Assembly (NCBI RefSeq): GCF_009914755.1
Contig: NC_060932.1
Source: the human T2T-CHM13v2.0 reference genome, Homo sapiens
Length of the DNA: 64,000 nt
Direction: 5' to 3' (one strand)
How positions within the stretch are numbered: the first letter of the stretch is position 1; each line of letters opens with the position of its first letter. The notes beneath the pieces were generated by a model. The model was not told the origin of the DNA. It did not search any database and worked only from the letters and a program-made list of their open reading frames with translations. Of this stretch, positions 46,859 through 64,000 are shown piece after piece. A program made the position numbers and the translations under genes.

Positions 46859-47741
46859 TAACTGCTAAGTATTTGGCTATTGTACCCATACTTCTGAATC
46901 TCAACACAAATAAGCCATCACCCTCCCTGGTTCTTTTATCAAAATGGTTTGTTGAAGTTCTACATAAGACTGATTTCCAATAACAATGAAGACACGACTT
47001 CAGGAGTCTGTTGTCTGTGATAGACAAAGTTAAAGGACGTGCACCAAAAACCAAGACCAACTTATTTATTTCTGTGGCTCCAGAGCATGCACGGGCATGA
47101 AATACGGTAAGTACTCAGTAGCATAGGTGCATGATGAGGGGAGGGGTGAATAATTTGAATGAACCGGCAACTTTCTGGTGGCTACTGATAGTTGCTGGGG
47201 ACATAGAATGATTTTCATGATATAGCTTGAAGCAGGCAGAATAAACCATCCCCATAGTCACAAAGAGGCCTGTTTTAGGAGCCACCATTCACACTCCCAG
47301 AGCACCCGGTTGGGTCTTCATTGCAGTCTTCTACTTTGCTTTGTAACAGGGTTAATTTATTTCTGTTTCAGTAGATACCACACTCATCCTTCTGTAGCCC
47401 CCATAGCGCCTAGCATGTAAAAAGCATCAGAATGACCTGAACAGGGGATGAGAAGCTCTTACGAAGGTCTGGTTGGCCTGTGTGAAGGGAACACAAACAC
47501 TCTCACTCGAAAGCATCAGTGCTATTTGCTGTGCAGATTACACTTAGTTCCTCTCATACCATCAAGGTCCCTGACAACTCACTCAACCAGTTCACAAAGA
47601 CTTGTCTCACCTACCTGGGACAACGCACAAAGAGAATGGGCAGGAGACCTAGGGTAAGCTTATATCATTAAAAGTCTGGCTTTCAAAATGTGCTGAAATG
47701 CCTTAAGTATGAATGTTTGGCATTTAAACCTGCCATGATGA

Positions 47742-48378
<637 letters not shown>

Positions 48379-48654
48379 TAATTCAGCTGAATACAATTCA
48401 TGCCACTGAGGGATCAGACTATCAGCTGCTGAATGTTGTTTCACACCAAAGAAACAGCACTCAGCCTCACAACGGGATCACTTTGTTCTCCTCATCCCCT
48501 GACACGGACGTGCCTACAGGAGAGTAGGGACAGAGTGGGCCCTTGGCTGTTTTGGTGACACCAATAAACCTAGTAGAGGGGCCAGGCAGCAGCTGGCAAC
48601 TTCCCACAGCGCCCCCCAGCGTGCAGTGATGCGCTAGACATCTCGCCCCTGTAC

Positions 48655-49188
<534 letters not shown>

Positions 49189-49867
49189 CCCAAGAATGTT
49201 TTTCAATGACTACTAAGAAGCTGTCAATGTGACTGGTGGGAGTGACCCTTCTTCCCATTTTCCCTGTGATATTCTAGTGTTTGTATTAACAAGCCAAGTT
49301 GCAGAACCACAGGGGTCACCCCTCTGAGAGCTGCACAACAGGGACCCCCAAAATGCAAAGACACCTGGGCCTTATCTCACCCCCAATGGAGACTTTGAGG
49401 GTGGGGCCCAGCATCACTATTTTTAAAAAAGACCCACAAGATTCTGCTGTGCATGCGGCATGACAGGTCATAAATATACACTAAGTATGCACAGCCTGGA
49501 GAAAGAGAAGAGTGACGAGACCCAGAAAATTCTCGAGCTGCACTGCCAGCCTCGGGGTTACTGAGGGGTGAAGGTCTCTGAAGGTGTGCCCCTTCATTTT
49601 GTGCAGTCTCCCAAACAGAATCACATAAAACTGCTGAATGATGCTGATCTGCTTGGAAAGCAATGTCCATTTTCACTTGAACATTTGTAACCCAATTCCG
49701 GTGCCAGCTACTACCATTTCTTCCCTATTCTGGATGCCTGGAAGCCAGATGGGAAGCTGGCGGTGTGGAGTGGTCTGTGAGCTGCCACATCCCTCAGTGA
49801 GTCTGGAGGATGCACACAGGATACCAAGGCACATCTCACTCTCCAATTTCGCAGCCCCTCTTCTTGC

Positions 49868-50085
49868 GAGGCTCCCGCAGGGCAGTGGGGGCCCAAAAGA
49901 CCTCAGCAGGCTGCACCGGCTCCTTGCACAGACAAAGGGTAAGGAGAGACCCATGCAGGAGCACAGGCTCTGTGAAGGCAGGGGCCTGGCTGGCTGGTGA
50001 TCTGCTGCACCCCCAGGGCCTCGACCAGTGCCTGGTATGCAGCAGATGCCTAACAAATACTCAGGCAATGAATGAGCCAAGTCAG
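49868..50085 (+). repeat. local direct repeat, copy 2 (partner 46088-46303)
   Basis: colinear with copy 1; the 3' half resembles an L2 3' end. Confidence 0.9.
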
Positions 50086-50186
50086 ACAGATTGTGGGGAT
50101 TTAAATGCTGTGTGCCACACATGACTGCTTCCTTAACCTGAAATCTGCAAGGGTGTTGGCGATCGGGGCCAAAACATGCTCCTCAC

Positions 50187-50271
50187 CTCGAAAACTGCCT
50201 CAGCTTGGCTTCAATGCTTCTGTGCCTCATGCACATCCTGGTGAGAGCAGATCCAATCTCCCTGGTCCCAC
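50187..50271 (-). CDS. MTSS1: MTSS1 coding exon 4 (first MTSS1 exon in the window; exons 1-3 lie beyond position 64000)
   Basis: ctttttcag acceptor, GAG|gtgagg donor; 85 nt GTREIGSALTRMCMRHRSIEAKLRQFS(S). Confidence 0.96.
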
Positions 50272-50747
50272 CTGAAAAAGCAACAGAGGCAAAGGTGAGG
50301 GATAGAAGACTAGCAGGGATCATGGAGGTCTTTAGAGAACTTTACAAACAAGTCAGATTTCACCACATTGTAAAATATAAGCCACCATCTTTAGAAGCTT
50401 CTCACCATGCCCATGTGTGCATACACACAGGCACATGTAAACATGTATGTACGTATGGTGACAGATTTCTGTATCACCAAAACTATCACCAAAGGCTGCT
50501 CCTACTATATACCACACTCTGTTAGTTTCTATTCCATCTGATTTTTTTTGTAATGCTGATTGTAATCTAAAAATTGACTTTACAACCTATAAATCGACCA
50601 TGACCTGTAGTTTGAAAAATACTTCTCATGAAAGATAATCAATATAGTATCTGCTGTTTAGGGAAGAGCTGTAGCTTTTCTCAACAATTCTGACAAAATA
50701 ATCCCGTTAACATTATTTAGAACAGCCAAGGCAGCCACGCTAGCTAA

Positions 50748-51202
<455 letters not shown>

Positions 51203-51769
51203 TGATTTTCCCGAAATTCTCATCATACTTTTCCCCTTCAGGCACACCTTCTCTAACATTATTTTTAAAGCTCTTCTCTTCCTTCTCCCTCTTAAAAACA
51301 ATGCTTGAATCAGCATTTACTGGGGCGTGGGAGAGCAAATTATAACCACACATGGTAGTTCTGCGCTGAACACTGGAGGGCACAATTATGAACATTACGA
51401 AAACACTGGTGTTTGTGAATTTGGGGAAAAGTGTCAAATAAAGCACTATTTTTAACAGACAAGACCTTCAGGGGAAAGCCACAGGGATCTGTGGCAGGTT
51501 TAACCATGTTGAATTGGTAGAAGAACATTCCCTCTCTTATTAGTACTCGTGACATTACTATGGGTTGGATTTTCCTGTGCCCTCTCTTCTAGAAATCCCC
51601 ATTTACTATTTCAGCTCCACATGTTTTCCATTTCATTTTGCAAAACCATCAAGTTTCTACAACCAAATAATAGTAACTGTGACATATATACCGTATATTA
51701 ATATTTCTATATTTTATTTCAGTCTGAAGAGAGAAACCTTCTGAGGGCAAGGCCTCTATTCCTCTAAAA

Positions 51770-51998
51770 ACAAGGTTTTCTCAATCTGGACAATGTTGAC
51801 ATCCTGGGCTGAATGTTGCTTTGTTGCTGGGCTGGACTGGGCTGTGCAGTGTGAGATGTTTAGCAGTATCCTTGGCCTCTACCCACCAGAAGTCAACAGC
51901 AGACTTCCTTTAACCTCACCTCCAGACTTGTGATCCTCCAAAATGTCTCCAGAGAGTACCAAGTGTTGGGCAACAAATCACTCCTGTTGAAACCACTG
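51770..51998 (-). mobile_element. MER20
   Basis: ttttctcaa...gatgtttagcagtatccttggcctctaccca...aaaatgtctccaga...gttgaaaccactg. Confidence 0.7.
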
Positions 51999-53282
51999 CT
52001 GTAAAAGAACCCAAGCGAGGGCCAAGTGTTGCCCGAATCTGACTTTTATGACCAGAGTCTCTTAAAACTGTACCTGCCTCCAAAGAGCAGGGGATGCCAC
52101 GGCCATCTCAGCGTTGCCATCTACCACTGTTCACACCAGGGAGAGCCAGCAGAGGGCGCCGTTTTCACACACTCTGCCCCGCCTTCTGCGCTCTCCAAGT
52201 TCTGAGCTTTTTACTGCATATAAGCAAAGACGAGGAACGTTTTATTCCCCGGGAAATATTTCCTATTTCTTTCTGGGCCTTCGTTTGATTAAAAGTTAAT
52301 AACCCGGCCACACAAGGAAACTGGCACACTCACTCACTGATGGTAAGAGTGTAAACTACTACTTTCCTGGAGCAAAATGTGGTAGCGTCTATCAAGAAAA
52401 GCCTTGAAATATTTTTCTTTGACCCAGCAATTCTCATTTCAGAAATTTAACCTGCGGAAATGATTAAGAGTGAAAGAAAGTCCTTACCTACAAGGGTAGT
52501 CATCGAAATGTTGTTCACAGCGTCAAAAGACTGGAAACAAAATCCCATTACAGGGATCTGGTTAAATCAACCATAGAGCACCACCATGCGATGGAATTGC
52601 ACGTGGTAATTTAAAACACTGGAGAACAACGTTTAAGGTTGCAGGAAGACGTACAGCGCTTAGGATGTGCCAGGCACTGCTGTGAGTACTCTGCACACTT
52701 CAACTCATTTAATCCTCGCAGCACCTCCAGCCGCGTCAGTACTGTGACCATCCCATGTTATAGAAAGGAAAAATGCCCAAGTGATTTGTCCCAGGTTATG
52801 TCACTAGTAAGTGGAACTCAAACCTAGGCTTAAGCTCCAGCGTCAATGCATTTATCCCCTCGGGTATATGGCACTTGTGATGGACAAAGGGAGATGGGAC
52901 AGAGCAGAGACGAGAGCCTAGAACAATGTACACCAAACCTATTGGTCTACACGCTATTACGGGTGTTGGTGCTTTAAAGCCAGCTCTCATATTTTGCTTC
53001 TAGAGCCTGGCCCTGTCTAATCGGTACCACAGGGATTGCGCTCCATCCTTGCTAAGCTACTATAGGGAGTTCAGGGATGGAGAGCTGCTTCATGGATAAT
53101 TCATGCCTCAGTTTTCTCAAGATAGAATTATGATGTTGGAAAAGATCATCTCAAATGTCAGTGCCCCCACTCCGTTTCTCTGCTTCACTGCTTCTGTCAC
53201 CTTCCCAGGTATTTCCCATAGATTGCCACTGGTCACTTATTATCCCCAGGAAAGCCCAAGGCTTCTCAGAAACAGATGAACT

Positions 53283-53605
53283 GGCCGGGCTCAGTGGCTC
53301 ACGCCTGTAACCCCAGCACTTTGGAAGGCTGAGGCGGGCGGATCACCTGAGGTCAGGAGTTCGAGACCAGCCTGGCCAACATGATGAAACCTCATCTCTA
53401 CTAAAAATACAAAAATCAGCCAGGTGTGGTGGCACATGCTTGTAATCCCACCTACTTGGGAGGAGTAGCTTGAGAATCGCTTGAACCCAGGAGGTGGAGG
53501 TTACAGTGAGCTGAGACTGCGCCACTGCACTTCAACCTGGGCAACAGACTGAGACTCTGTCTCAACAACAACAACAAAAGAAATAAAGGAAAGGAAAGGA
53601 AAGGA
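53283..53605 (+). mobile_element. AluS with (CAA)n/(GGAAA)n tail
   Basis: Alu consensus. Confidence 0.92.
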
Positions 53606-54280
53606 AATAGCTGAACTATGGTACAATAAAAACAATTTCTAGACATAATGTATGTGCCTCTGTAGAACAGGAAGCCCTAGAGAGGAGAGGAAATAAAGAA
53701 CCACAAAGAAAACTTCCAAACAGCAGTGTCTCTGTCCAACTGGCACGAAGACAGGAGGCAGATGACATCCTCTGTGGACCCCAGGACTGAGCTATTAGAA
53801 TCACTGCTGATCTCGGCAACATGGGGCACCCTAAAAATAGGTCCATCTGTGGAAGTGCTTAACATCTTATGCTCTTCCTAACCCTTGCAAGAACTTAAAC
53901 AAAAATCAGCAGGTTTGAATAAGCTTCAGAGGAAACTGGCTTGAGCTACAAAGACAGAAGACATCTGGAAGAGCTCCCATTTGCGAGTGGGCATATTTAT
54001 GGAAACAAATGGCTGGCTGAGGCACACACAGCAGCTTGAGTGAAGACAAGGCCCTACTTCTGTGTTCTCGGTACCTAGCACTGGTGTTGAATAAAGGAAC
54101 GGACATTTACCATTTTGAGAGCAAACCACCAGGCTGGCCCTATCTGGAGGCAGGACCAGGGACTGGGTTTGTATCTTGTTTAATCCCCACATACTTGTTT
54201 AAAAGATATAAAATAAAAACAAGATGCTTAATCTTAGCAAAGTTCTATATTGATTCCTGGTCAGCCTAGAGATACAATGC

Positions 54281-54800
54281 TGTATTCGTTTCCCTTTGCT
54301 GCTGTAATAAATGACCACGAGCTTAGTGGCTTAAAACAACAGAAGTTTATTATCTTATAGTTCTGGAAGTCAGAAGTCCAAAATCAGTTTCACTGGTCTA
54401 ATATCAGGGTGTCAGGTACCACAGGGCTGGCATTCCTTCTGGAGGCTGCAGGGGAGAATCTATTTCCTTGCCTTTTCCCACTTCTAGAGGCTGCCTGCAC
54501 TCCTTGGCTCGTGGCCCCTTTGTCCATCTTCAAAGCCAGCGGTGCAATCTACTCCCTTCTCTGACTTCTGCTTCTGTCCTTACATCTTCTCTCTCCGCCT
54601 CCAATTTTCCTGCCTCCTTCTTATGAGAATCCTTGTGATTATGTGGGACCCACCTGGATCATCCAGGATCACCTCCCTGCCTCAAGACCCTTAACCACAT
54701 CACCACACATCAGCAGAGACCCCTTTGGCCACGTACAGTAACATTCACAGGTTCTAGGGGTTAGAACGTGGACATCTTTGGGGCATCCTTATCATGGCCA
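54281..54800 (-). mobile_element. MLT1 (MaLR) solo LTR
   Basis: tgtattcgtttcc...cttagtggcttaaaacaacagaagtttatt...cacaggttctaggggttagaacgtggacatctttggggg. Confidence 0.85.
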
Positions 54801-54829
54801 TTAAAAAAAGGTAAGAGTTGTGAATCTGG

Positions 54830-55265
54830 AGAGTGTGGCAGGGCACTGTGGCTGACTGCAGCACCCATTCGCCCTCACATGATCGGTCTAGGCCCATGAT
54901 GCTAACTCCATCCCCTTTGGCAGTGGCTGCTTCAGGGATGGGACAAAGACATGGAGAGGAGGCTGCTGGGGAGGCCTCTGGGGAATGTTTTCCTGATCTT
55001 AAGAGAAACACACCAAAGGGTTCCACAGGCCACAAACAAGGAAGCAGACTGTGCAGCTGCTGCCATCAGCCATCCTATGGCCATGGGGACACCTGCCTCA
55101 GGATGACACTGCTGTGGACAGAAGAGAAAGGGCCTGAGTCTCCAGTGATGTCCCTTAGCCACCAACCCGAACCTGCTCTTCCTCTGGGCCTGGCACCCCA
55201 GTTTTGCAAGCATATTCATTTTCTTATTTTTAGAGCCACTTTGATTTGGTTCTGCTTCTTGAAAG
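54830..55265 (+). mobile_element. old ERVL LTR remnant (LTR16/LTR33-like)
   Basis: degenerate similarity: gggaggcctctggggaatgttttcct...cagccatcctatggccatg...tagagccactttgatttgg. Confidence 0.4.
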
Positions 55266-55634
55266 GAGAAGAAAGAAAGGAGCAATGGCCTCTCATGCTT
55301 CTTCCCAGAACCAGGAACCAACGTGTTGCTAAAAGAAATCTAAGTTGGTCACTTGATGCCACTGCTTAGAGAGGCACAAATACTTTATGGCAAAAACATA
55401 ACCCGATTCAACGTGGTACATGTAAAAACTTTCTCCCATAACAAGCAAATGCTTTTCTAATAAAGCAGCACAAAATCAGCCAGTATGATCTGTGGGTGAT
55501 CTGTGAAGGAATCATCAGTGGAAAGGAAGAAGTGAACCATCCAGGGGCTGGGCTGCCAAAGCATGACTGCTGAGGCCCAGCACCATACATTTTGCATATG
55601 AAGACACACGATCCACAAGCGTCCACTGAGTATT

Positions 55635-56085
55635 TGTATTGGCTTTTGGGGGCTGCTGTAACAAAGCAACCCAAACTGGCTGGCTTAAAGCAACCGTAGT
55701 TCTGGAGGCTAAAAATCTGAAATCCAGATGTCGGCAGGGCCGTGCTCCCTCTAAAACCTACAGGGAGAGTCCTTCCTTGCCTTCTCCTTGCTGCTGGTGA
55801 CTCCAGCATTCCTTGGCTTGCAGCTGCATTGTTCAAATTTCTGCCTCTGTTGTGCTAGGCTCACGGCCTGTGTGTGTCCATCTTCCCATAAGACACGTGT
55901 GAAGGCATTCCTGTGTGTGTGTGTCTAAATTTCCCTCTTCCTATAAAGACCCCAGTCCTATTGGATTAGGGCCCACCTTAATGACCTCATCCTAACTGGA
56001 TTACATCAGCAAAGACCCTGTGTCCAAATGGTCACATTCCCGGGCGCCAGGGATTAGGACATCAACCTATCTTTCTGGGGGTGCG
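55635..56085 (-). mobile_element. MLT1 (MaLR) solo LTR
   Basis: ggctgctgtaacaaag...gttctggaggcta...tattggattagggcccaccttaatgacctcatcctaact. Confidence 0.85.
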
Positions 56086-56959
56086 CCGCAGTCCACGGCC
56101 CACATCCTACCGTGCAGCAAAAACTAACGTGATTTCAAGGACGGTGAAGACAGGTGCCAGGCCCTTGAGCAGCTTACAAAGATTGGTTGGATGGACACAG
56201 ATAAAATGGTGCAGGGAACACTGTCCTGACAGCAACCCTCTGTGGTAGGCATTATCAGCCCCATGTTACAAATGAAAACACCTGAGGCTCAGGAGGGTTA
56301 ACAACCTTGCTGAGGGCCACATTGCTGGTCAGCAGTAGAGCCAAAATCCAAGCCTGCTTCTACGGATACCAAGGGCTCTCTCTCACTACGACAAGCTGGA
56401 GACATTCCCAGCTGAGGACAAAGAGGCACATTAAAGTCACAAACAGAATACAAATTGTTTAATGCATATTTGGGGGGGTAGGGAGGAAATAAGAAAAGCA
56501 AAGTTTCCTTGCCCCCTAAAGTCCGAAGTCAGATTGCCCCTTGCTGCAGAGACCTGGCAGCGACAGGCAGGACGGTGGGTCCTTCGAGTGGCATTGTCCT
56601 GTCCCTCCAAGCTGCCTCATTTGCAGGCAGCTGCCATCTCCCTGCATAGCAGGGGACTAATGGCAGGCATTCTTGGGGGCTACAGTGTGGGCAGGTGGCG
56701 AGCGAGGACTGAAAAGACGTTTTGTCAGGCCCAGCTTCTGCAGCGTGGAGGGGAAGGGCTGAGGAAGCCAGACTGAAGAACTGCTTTGGTGAAAGTGTGC
56801 CGCCGTCACAGTAAGTCACTGTGCATCTCTGCTGTTCCCGAGAGCTGACATTGCTCGAAGGCTAATTAGGAGCCAGACAGAACCAGAGGAGAGGAGAACG
56901 CTCTCAGGCATCTCTGCAGGAGAGGGGTGCAGGGCAGGAGAGTTCACTAGAGTGGGGTA

Positions 56960-57490
56960 TCTCGGCCTCAGCCCTGCTGACATTTTGAACCGGATCATTT
57001 TTTGTTATCAATAATGACCATTTTGGGCCAGGCATGATGGCCATGCCTATAATCCCAACACTCTGGAAGGCTGAGGCAGGAGGATCACTTAAGTTTGGTC
57101 TCAAACTTCTGGCTTTAAGCGATACCAACTAGCAACACAGCAAGACCCCATCTCTACAAATAAATTAATAAATAAATAATTAACTGGGTGTGGCGGTGTA
57201 TGCCTGCAGTCCCAGCCACTCAGGAGGCTGAGGTGAGAGGATCGCTTGAACTCAGGAGCTCAAGGCTACAGTGAGCTATGATCACACCACCACACTCCAG
57301 CCTGAGTGACTGAGACCCTGTCTCAAAAGAAAAAAGCAAGAAAAAAAGGAATGATCATTTTTTGTGTCCTGTGTATTGTAGGATGTTTTGCAGCCTCCCT
57401 GGCCTCTACCCACTAGATGCCAGTAACATCCCTCAAGTCATGACAACTAGAAATGTCCCCAGGGGGCAAACTCGTCCCTGGTGAGCACTG
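56960..57490. mobile_element. MER20 interrupted by an AluJ (about 57027-57347, + strand)
   Basis: MER20 halves on either side; TSD-like aatgaccatttt/aatgatcatttt. Confidence 0.75.
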
Positions 57491-58236
57491 GCGTAGGAAC
57501 ATGCATCCTTTTTCCATAAGGAGGGCTCACTGTTTCCAGTGCTGTTCCAGGGAAGCCACCTGAGATGCTCACCGCACCAGTGGCCTCCCTGCAAACCCTC
57601 GCTGCAGAAGCTCTGAAAAGCTATTAAGTTCACTGCCTACCCCCATCTTCATAAGCACAGAGGTAATAGGCAACACATGTTCTCATAATGAAGAAAATGT
57701 TCCACTTGCCATTAAAGAAACACTAATTTGAAAACACACAACTGACATTCCCCACAAAGCCAGCAGGCACTAACCCCCTCTCCTATGGCCTTAGGGATGC
57801 ATTAATTCAACTAGGGGCAGCTTGTGTACAAGCCCAAAATACTGGAAATACCCAAATAACTAGGAGAGGGAGCCTGAGGAGCTGCATCAGCAGGATCTAA
57901 GGCCGCAGCTGTCTGGTTAGGAAGAGCTCCTTCACGGGACCCAGCTAGAAAAGTGGAGGAAGAATGGGTGGTGGATAAGAAAGCCACCTCCAACCACTCA
58001 ATGGCTTGTGACTTCTGTCTGGACACCAACCAGCAATAAACAGCCAGCCCCAAAGTGTCCCTGAAGATGTCTACAAAACAGCAGCTGGAACCCTAACACC
58101 AGTGGTTGCTCCCTCCCCATTGCCCTTGCCGCCTGCTGATGGAAGGGACCCTGTGCGCTTGAACAGCAGCTCCCGTTCCCCCACAGTGAAATTGATTACT
58201 GTACCCACTAGGGTTCAAGTTTAAAAGATCTAAGTA

Positions 58237-58569
<333 letters not shown>

Positions 58570-60064
58570 CTAAGTAAAGTGGAAATCTTTGGTTCCTGGG
58601 CACATAACTACCACACACACCAAATATAACAAATGTGAGTGTAGGCTCGCCTGTGACTGTATCAGGAATCTTTTTCTAAAACAGATACACACCAAAAACT
58701 TACCTATTGAGGTAAGTGACCCCCTCCTCCCCCAAATGACCTCCAAAACGGTCTTGGGGCTCCTTGGCAGCTGTATTCCCATCTGTCTCCTCTTTCCCAC
58801 ACACTTGGATGGCAGGCACACTCCACGCAGCCTGCAAGCCATAGAGTTTCAGTAGCAACAGTGTCTCTCACCATGGCTAATCTAGAGTCTTAGCAGAGAC
58901 TCCTTACTATCGTCTAAATGAGCAGGAGGATAAGCAGAGAACCACAGGGTGAAAGGCTTAGCTCTGAAATTAGCCAATGTGGCTTCAAAGCCCAGCTCCC
59001 ACATTTGCTGTCTGTGTGGTCTTTGCAAGGGTCTGCCTGGCATAGGCTCAAACGTAGATGGTTGTACTACAAAAAAAAAAAAAACCAAATATGCTGACCA
59101 GTGTCTCATGCTATCTTTGTTGCATAAATCACACCCAAAATGCATCATCTGTGATTTCCATGTCGGGCTTCTTGTGAAGCAATCTGAATATCCTAGATTT
59201 TTACAAATTTTGTTCCCAAATCTTTTACAGTTGCCTCATCCATACTTAATTCGATGGCATTTTTTTTTTGCAAAAGTAACTTTTATTAATATCATATCTT
59301 TCTAAACATTCTACTTCTTTTGTAGAAATGACAAATCTTGGTTTTCACATTCACACTGCAAACATTTACATAGCTTGTAATTAAATTATTTAACAACAGT
59401 ATGTGCAACTGGCATTTACAGGTTTATAAGCGCACACAGCGGATGCTGGTGAAGCCTACAACCCAGGTGTGAGAAGTGTGTGTGCGCATGCTAGAGAGAG
59501 AGTCTGTGAGCTTCCTGAAGGCAGGGGCTGGAATATTTTACAGAGAAAATAAGGAGCACTGGTTACATCAGTGCTCCCATTAGGCAGAGCGGTGATGTAG
59601 CTATAAGCTGAGTCCTACAGGAAGGCAGAGGCCGGAGTAAGTAAATGTGGCTGGGCTGGGGCATCTGTCCATAAGGACACACTGGACAACAGATCATGAC
59701 CCCCACTCCTCCCACATCTAATATCCACTTTCTCTAAGGAGCTGGCAAATCAGTACTTAGAGGGCAAATGAACAGTGCAAAGGGCAGCTTTCAAGAAAGC
59801 CAGAATTATTCCTTCTTCCCAAACATCTCAGAAGACCAAAGGCCTAGAAGGAGCGGCCCAGAGGGCTTGCCTGGAAGGTTCTGTTTGTACTTATTAATAG
59901 TTACGCATCCACAACGTGGTTATTTAATGGGAAGTGAAAGCTGGGGGACCGGGAGGCTCATGAAAACCAACTCCAGTGAGCCTCCATCCTCTGCCCCCAC
60001 CCCTTCAAAACAGGAAGGCCGTTGCCCTTGGCTGAACAGCTTTTTAAAGTGACCTTGACCCTAG

Positions 60065-60386
<322 letters not shown>

Positions 60387-61077
60387 TGACTGTTAATTTT
60401 TATATTTCAGAGCTCACAACAGTTGCATCACCAGCTTCCTTCCAGCCAAGAATGAAAAGGAAAGCTCCTACAAAATCCAGGGCTCGGGACTGTGTCATGG
60501 GACGCTCAGGGCCACTTAGGGACACTGCTGCAATGGCTCATGGCAGGTTGTAATATTTTAGTTTCACTATATGAGAAAATAGTCTCTCCTTCCTCTCAAG
60601 CCCCTGCTCTCAGAGAGCCCAGAAGTCCTAAATTGGCAGGGGTCTTTTCACCTTGACGGCGGGCTGGAGGACTGCCCGGGTGTTGCATCACAGAAGTTGC
60701 CTCAGCGTGCATCACTGCCACTCTGGCTGGACCGAGCAGGGCAAGGCTGGGTACACCATCTGCTGCCCCGGGGGATGCCTGGAGGCCAGCACTAGCCACG
60801 GCTACACAGCTCTGCACACACGCACACACGAGCGTCAGACTTGACCATGAAGCTGGGCACTCCTCTTCTGCAATCGCACTGGCATGTTTCAGGATTTTTT
60901 TATTTTATAAGGTGAAGTGACAGAACACAGTCTTCAAAGGAAAGTAAGAGTGTTTCCAAATGGCATCAGAGTGTGAACCTGAATTCTAATAAGAGAAGAG
61001 GAAGCTCAATTCTTAGGCCTGGAAAAGTTCAATCATGATGCCCTAGCTAAGACAATGCTTTACCCAAAGATTTCGAC

Positions 61078-61667
<590 letters not shown>

Positions 61668-62004
61668 ATCTAGACCAAGGGGCAAAACCCAAAAGGCTAG
61701 TAGGTGGACAACTATAACCCAGACCAACAAAATAACTGATCAGTAAGGAAGCTCCAGGCAAGGGGCTAGCCAGACCTCGGCTAGAGGTGGGTACATCAGC
61801 CTGGGGGTCTATAAGGTGGATCTCTTAGGTGATCTCCAGGTTAGACTGGATGACCCCTCTTCCTGGCAACCAAGATGCTGGAGTGGAGAAAGGACAGTGT
61901 TCCTGTAGTCAACAAATTTTTAGGAAATGTTACCTTGGTCTAATTATTGTGCTACGAAGTAAAGAGACAGCCCCCTGCCCCCATAGAGTGGGCATCTCCT
62001 GTAA

Positions 62005-62402
<398 letters not shown>

Positions 62403-62947
62403 AGGCATCCCACTCTTGCCTTTAATTAGCAGAGTGCTCCTGATGCACGCAGGACTTCCACGCTTGCTGCTGTTTCTCTTGTTCAGGGAAACTCATCCTT
62501 GTTCTTTAAGCTGCACATTTATGAGGCAGCTGGCCCCTGCCAAAAGGACCATCATTTTCATTAAAGGTCAAAGCCAGCACTCAGGATATTAAGAACTTCA
62601 AATGAACAAACTGTGTTCCTCTGGCTTCATCAGCATTTTATTTTTACCCTTGGGCATGGAGAGATGGACAACCAGAAGAAAGTGGCATCATTTGATGCCC
62701 TACATTTGTTTAACTACAGGGAGGGGAGGCAGAGAGGGAGGAAATGGAGAAGCAACCAGTTTCTGGTATCACAAGTCTTCACAGAGATCAGACTCTGTTC
62801 ACACGAGACAAATATCCCCTCTCCAATCATTAGAGACCCTGGTCACACATAAGTCACTGAGCAGCGTCCTGATACCTTATGTTAGCCTTGAAAATGGCTG
62901 CAAAACACAAACTTTTTTGCCTGTGCCATTTACAAGATCATCTCAGT

Positions 62948-63492
<545 letters not shown>

Positions 63493-64000
63493 TTAAGCTG
63501 TGAAAATAGGTTCCTTAGGACAAAGGTAAAAGAACTTGAAAAGATATTCAAAAATAAACCCATAAAGCCCCCAAAAAAGGAAGTACAACTTCCCTTTTGC
63601 TACAATGGCAATCCTAACAACTCATTTTAATCTTCAAGGAAGAGAAAAACATGCAGAAAATTTCCTGTGTGGTTTTTTTTTTAAAAAACCTGTTTTATTC
63701 AGCTACTGTATACAGCTGAGTATGTAATGAATAACCCAGCTGGTGTTTACGGGACAGCTAATACTGCACATTCAGCAAATGCTAGGTAGGGTCAGCATCA
63801 CATTTTTGGAACACACCATTGTGCCCACACACAGGGTGGAAGACACTGCAAACTGTTATCAGATGATAATCTTCCAGCCAATCTCCCACTTCTCAGTCTC
63901 TCCCACTTCACGACTTTTCAAAAAGCAGAGGAAACAAAACCACACACAATCCTACCACCATCTGGCGGCTTCAGACCAGCAAGCATGAGATTCTGGCATG

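Noticed and set aside
54833-55369. 178-aa + strand ORF
   Set aside because: Lies over a probable degenerate LTR, starts at GTG and has no recognisable domain

Overview
Human/primate genomic DNA (Alu-rich, spliced genes), recognisable from the translated exons as the NDUFB9-MTSS1 locus. The + strand carries NDUFB9 coding exons 2-4 (2101-8906; exon 1 lies upstream of the window). The - strand carries the 3' part of MTSS1 (MIM, I-BAR/IMD plus WH2 actin regulator): eleven canonical coding exons from 50271 down to the stop at 12006, all with GT-AG boundaries and compatible phases, then a 3' UTR of about 2.2 kb ending roughly 0.8 kb from the NDUFB9 3' end (convergent genes). The rest is intron with about 30 Alus, a near full-length Tigger1, MER DNA transposons, MaLR/ERV LTRs, L1/L2/MIR fragments and microsatellites. 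Most ORFs in the supplied track are Alu-derived, antisense-to-exon or chance ORFs. I see no evidence for a new multi-gene system. The most interesting signals are in MTSS1 splicing: a 12-nt microexon, a candidate 27-nt microexon, a 120-nt cassette exon, a candidate internal first exon with a strong-Kozak ATG, and tandem acceptors. Several local rearrangements are also visible. Gene, exon-number and repeat-family names are from recall, not database searches; repeat boundaries are approximate.
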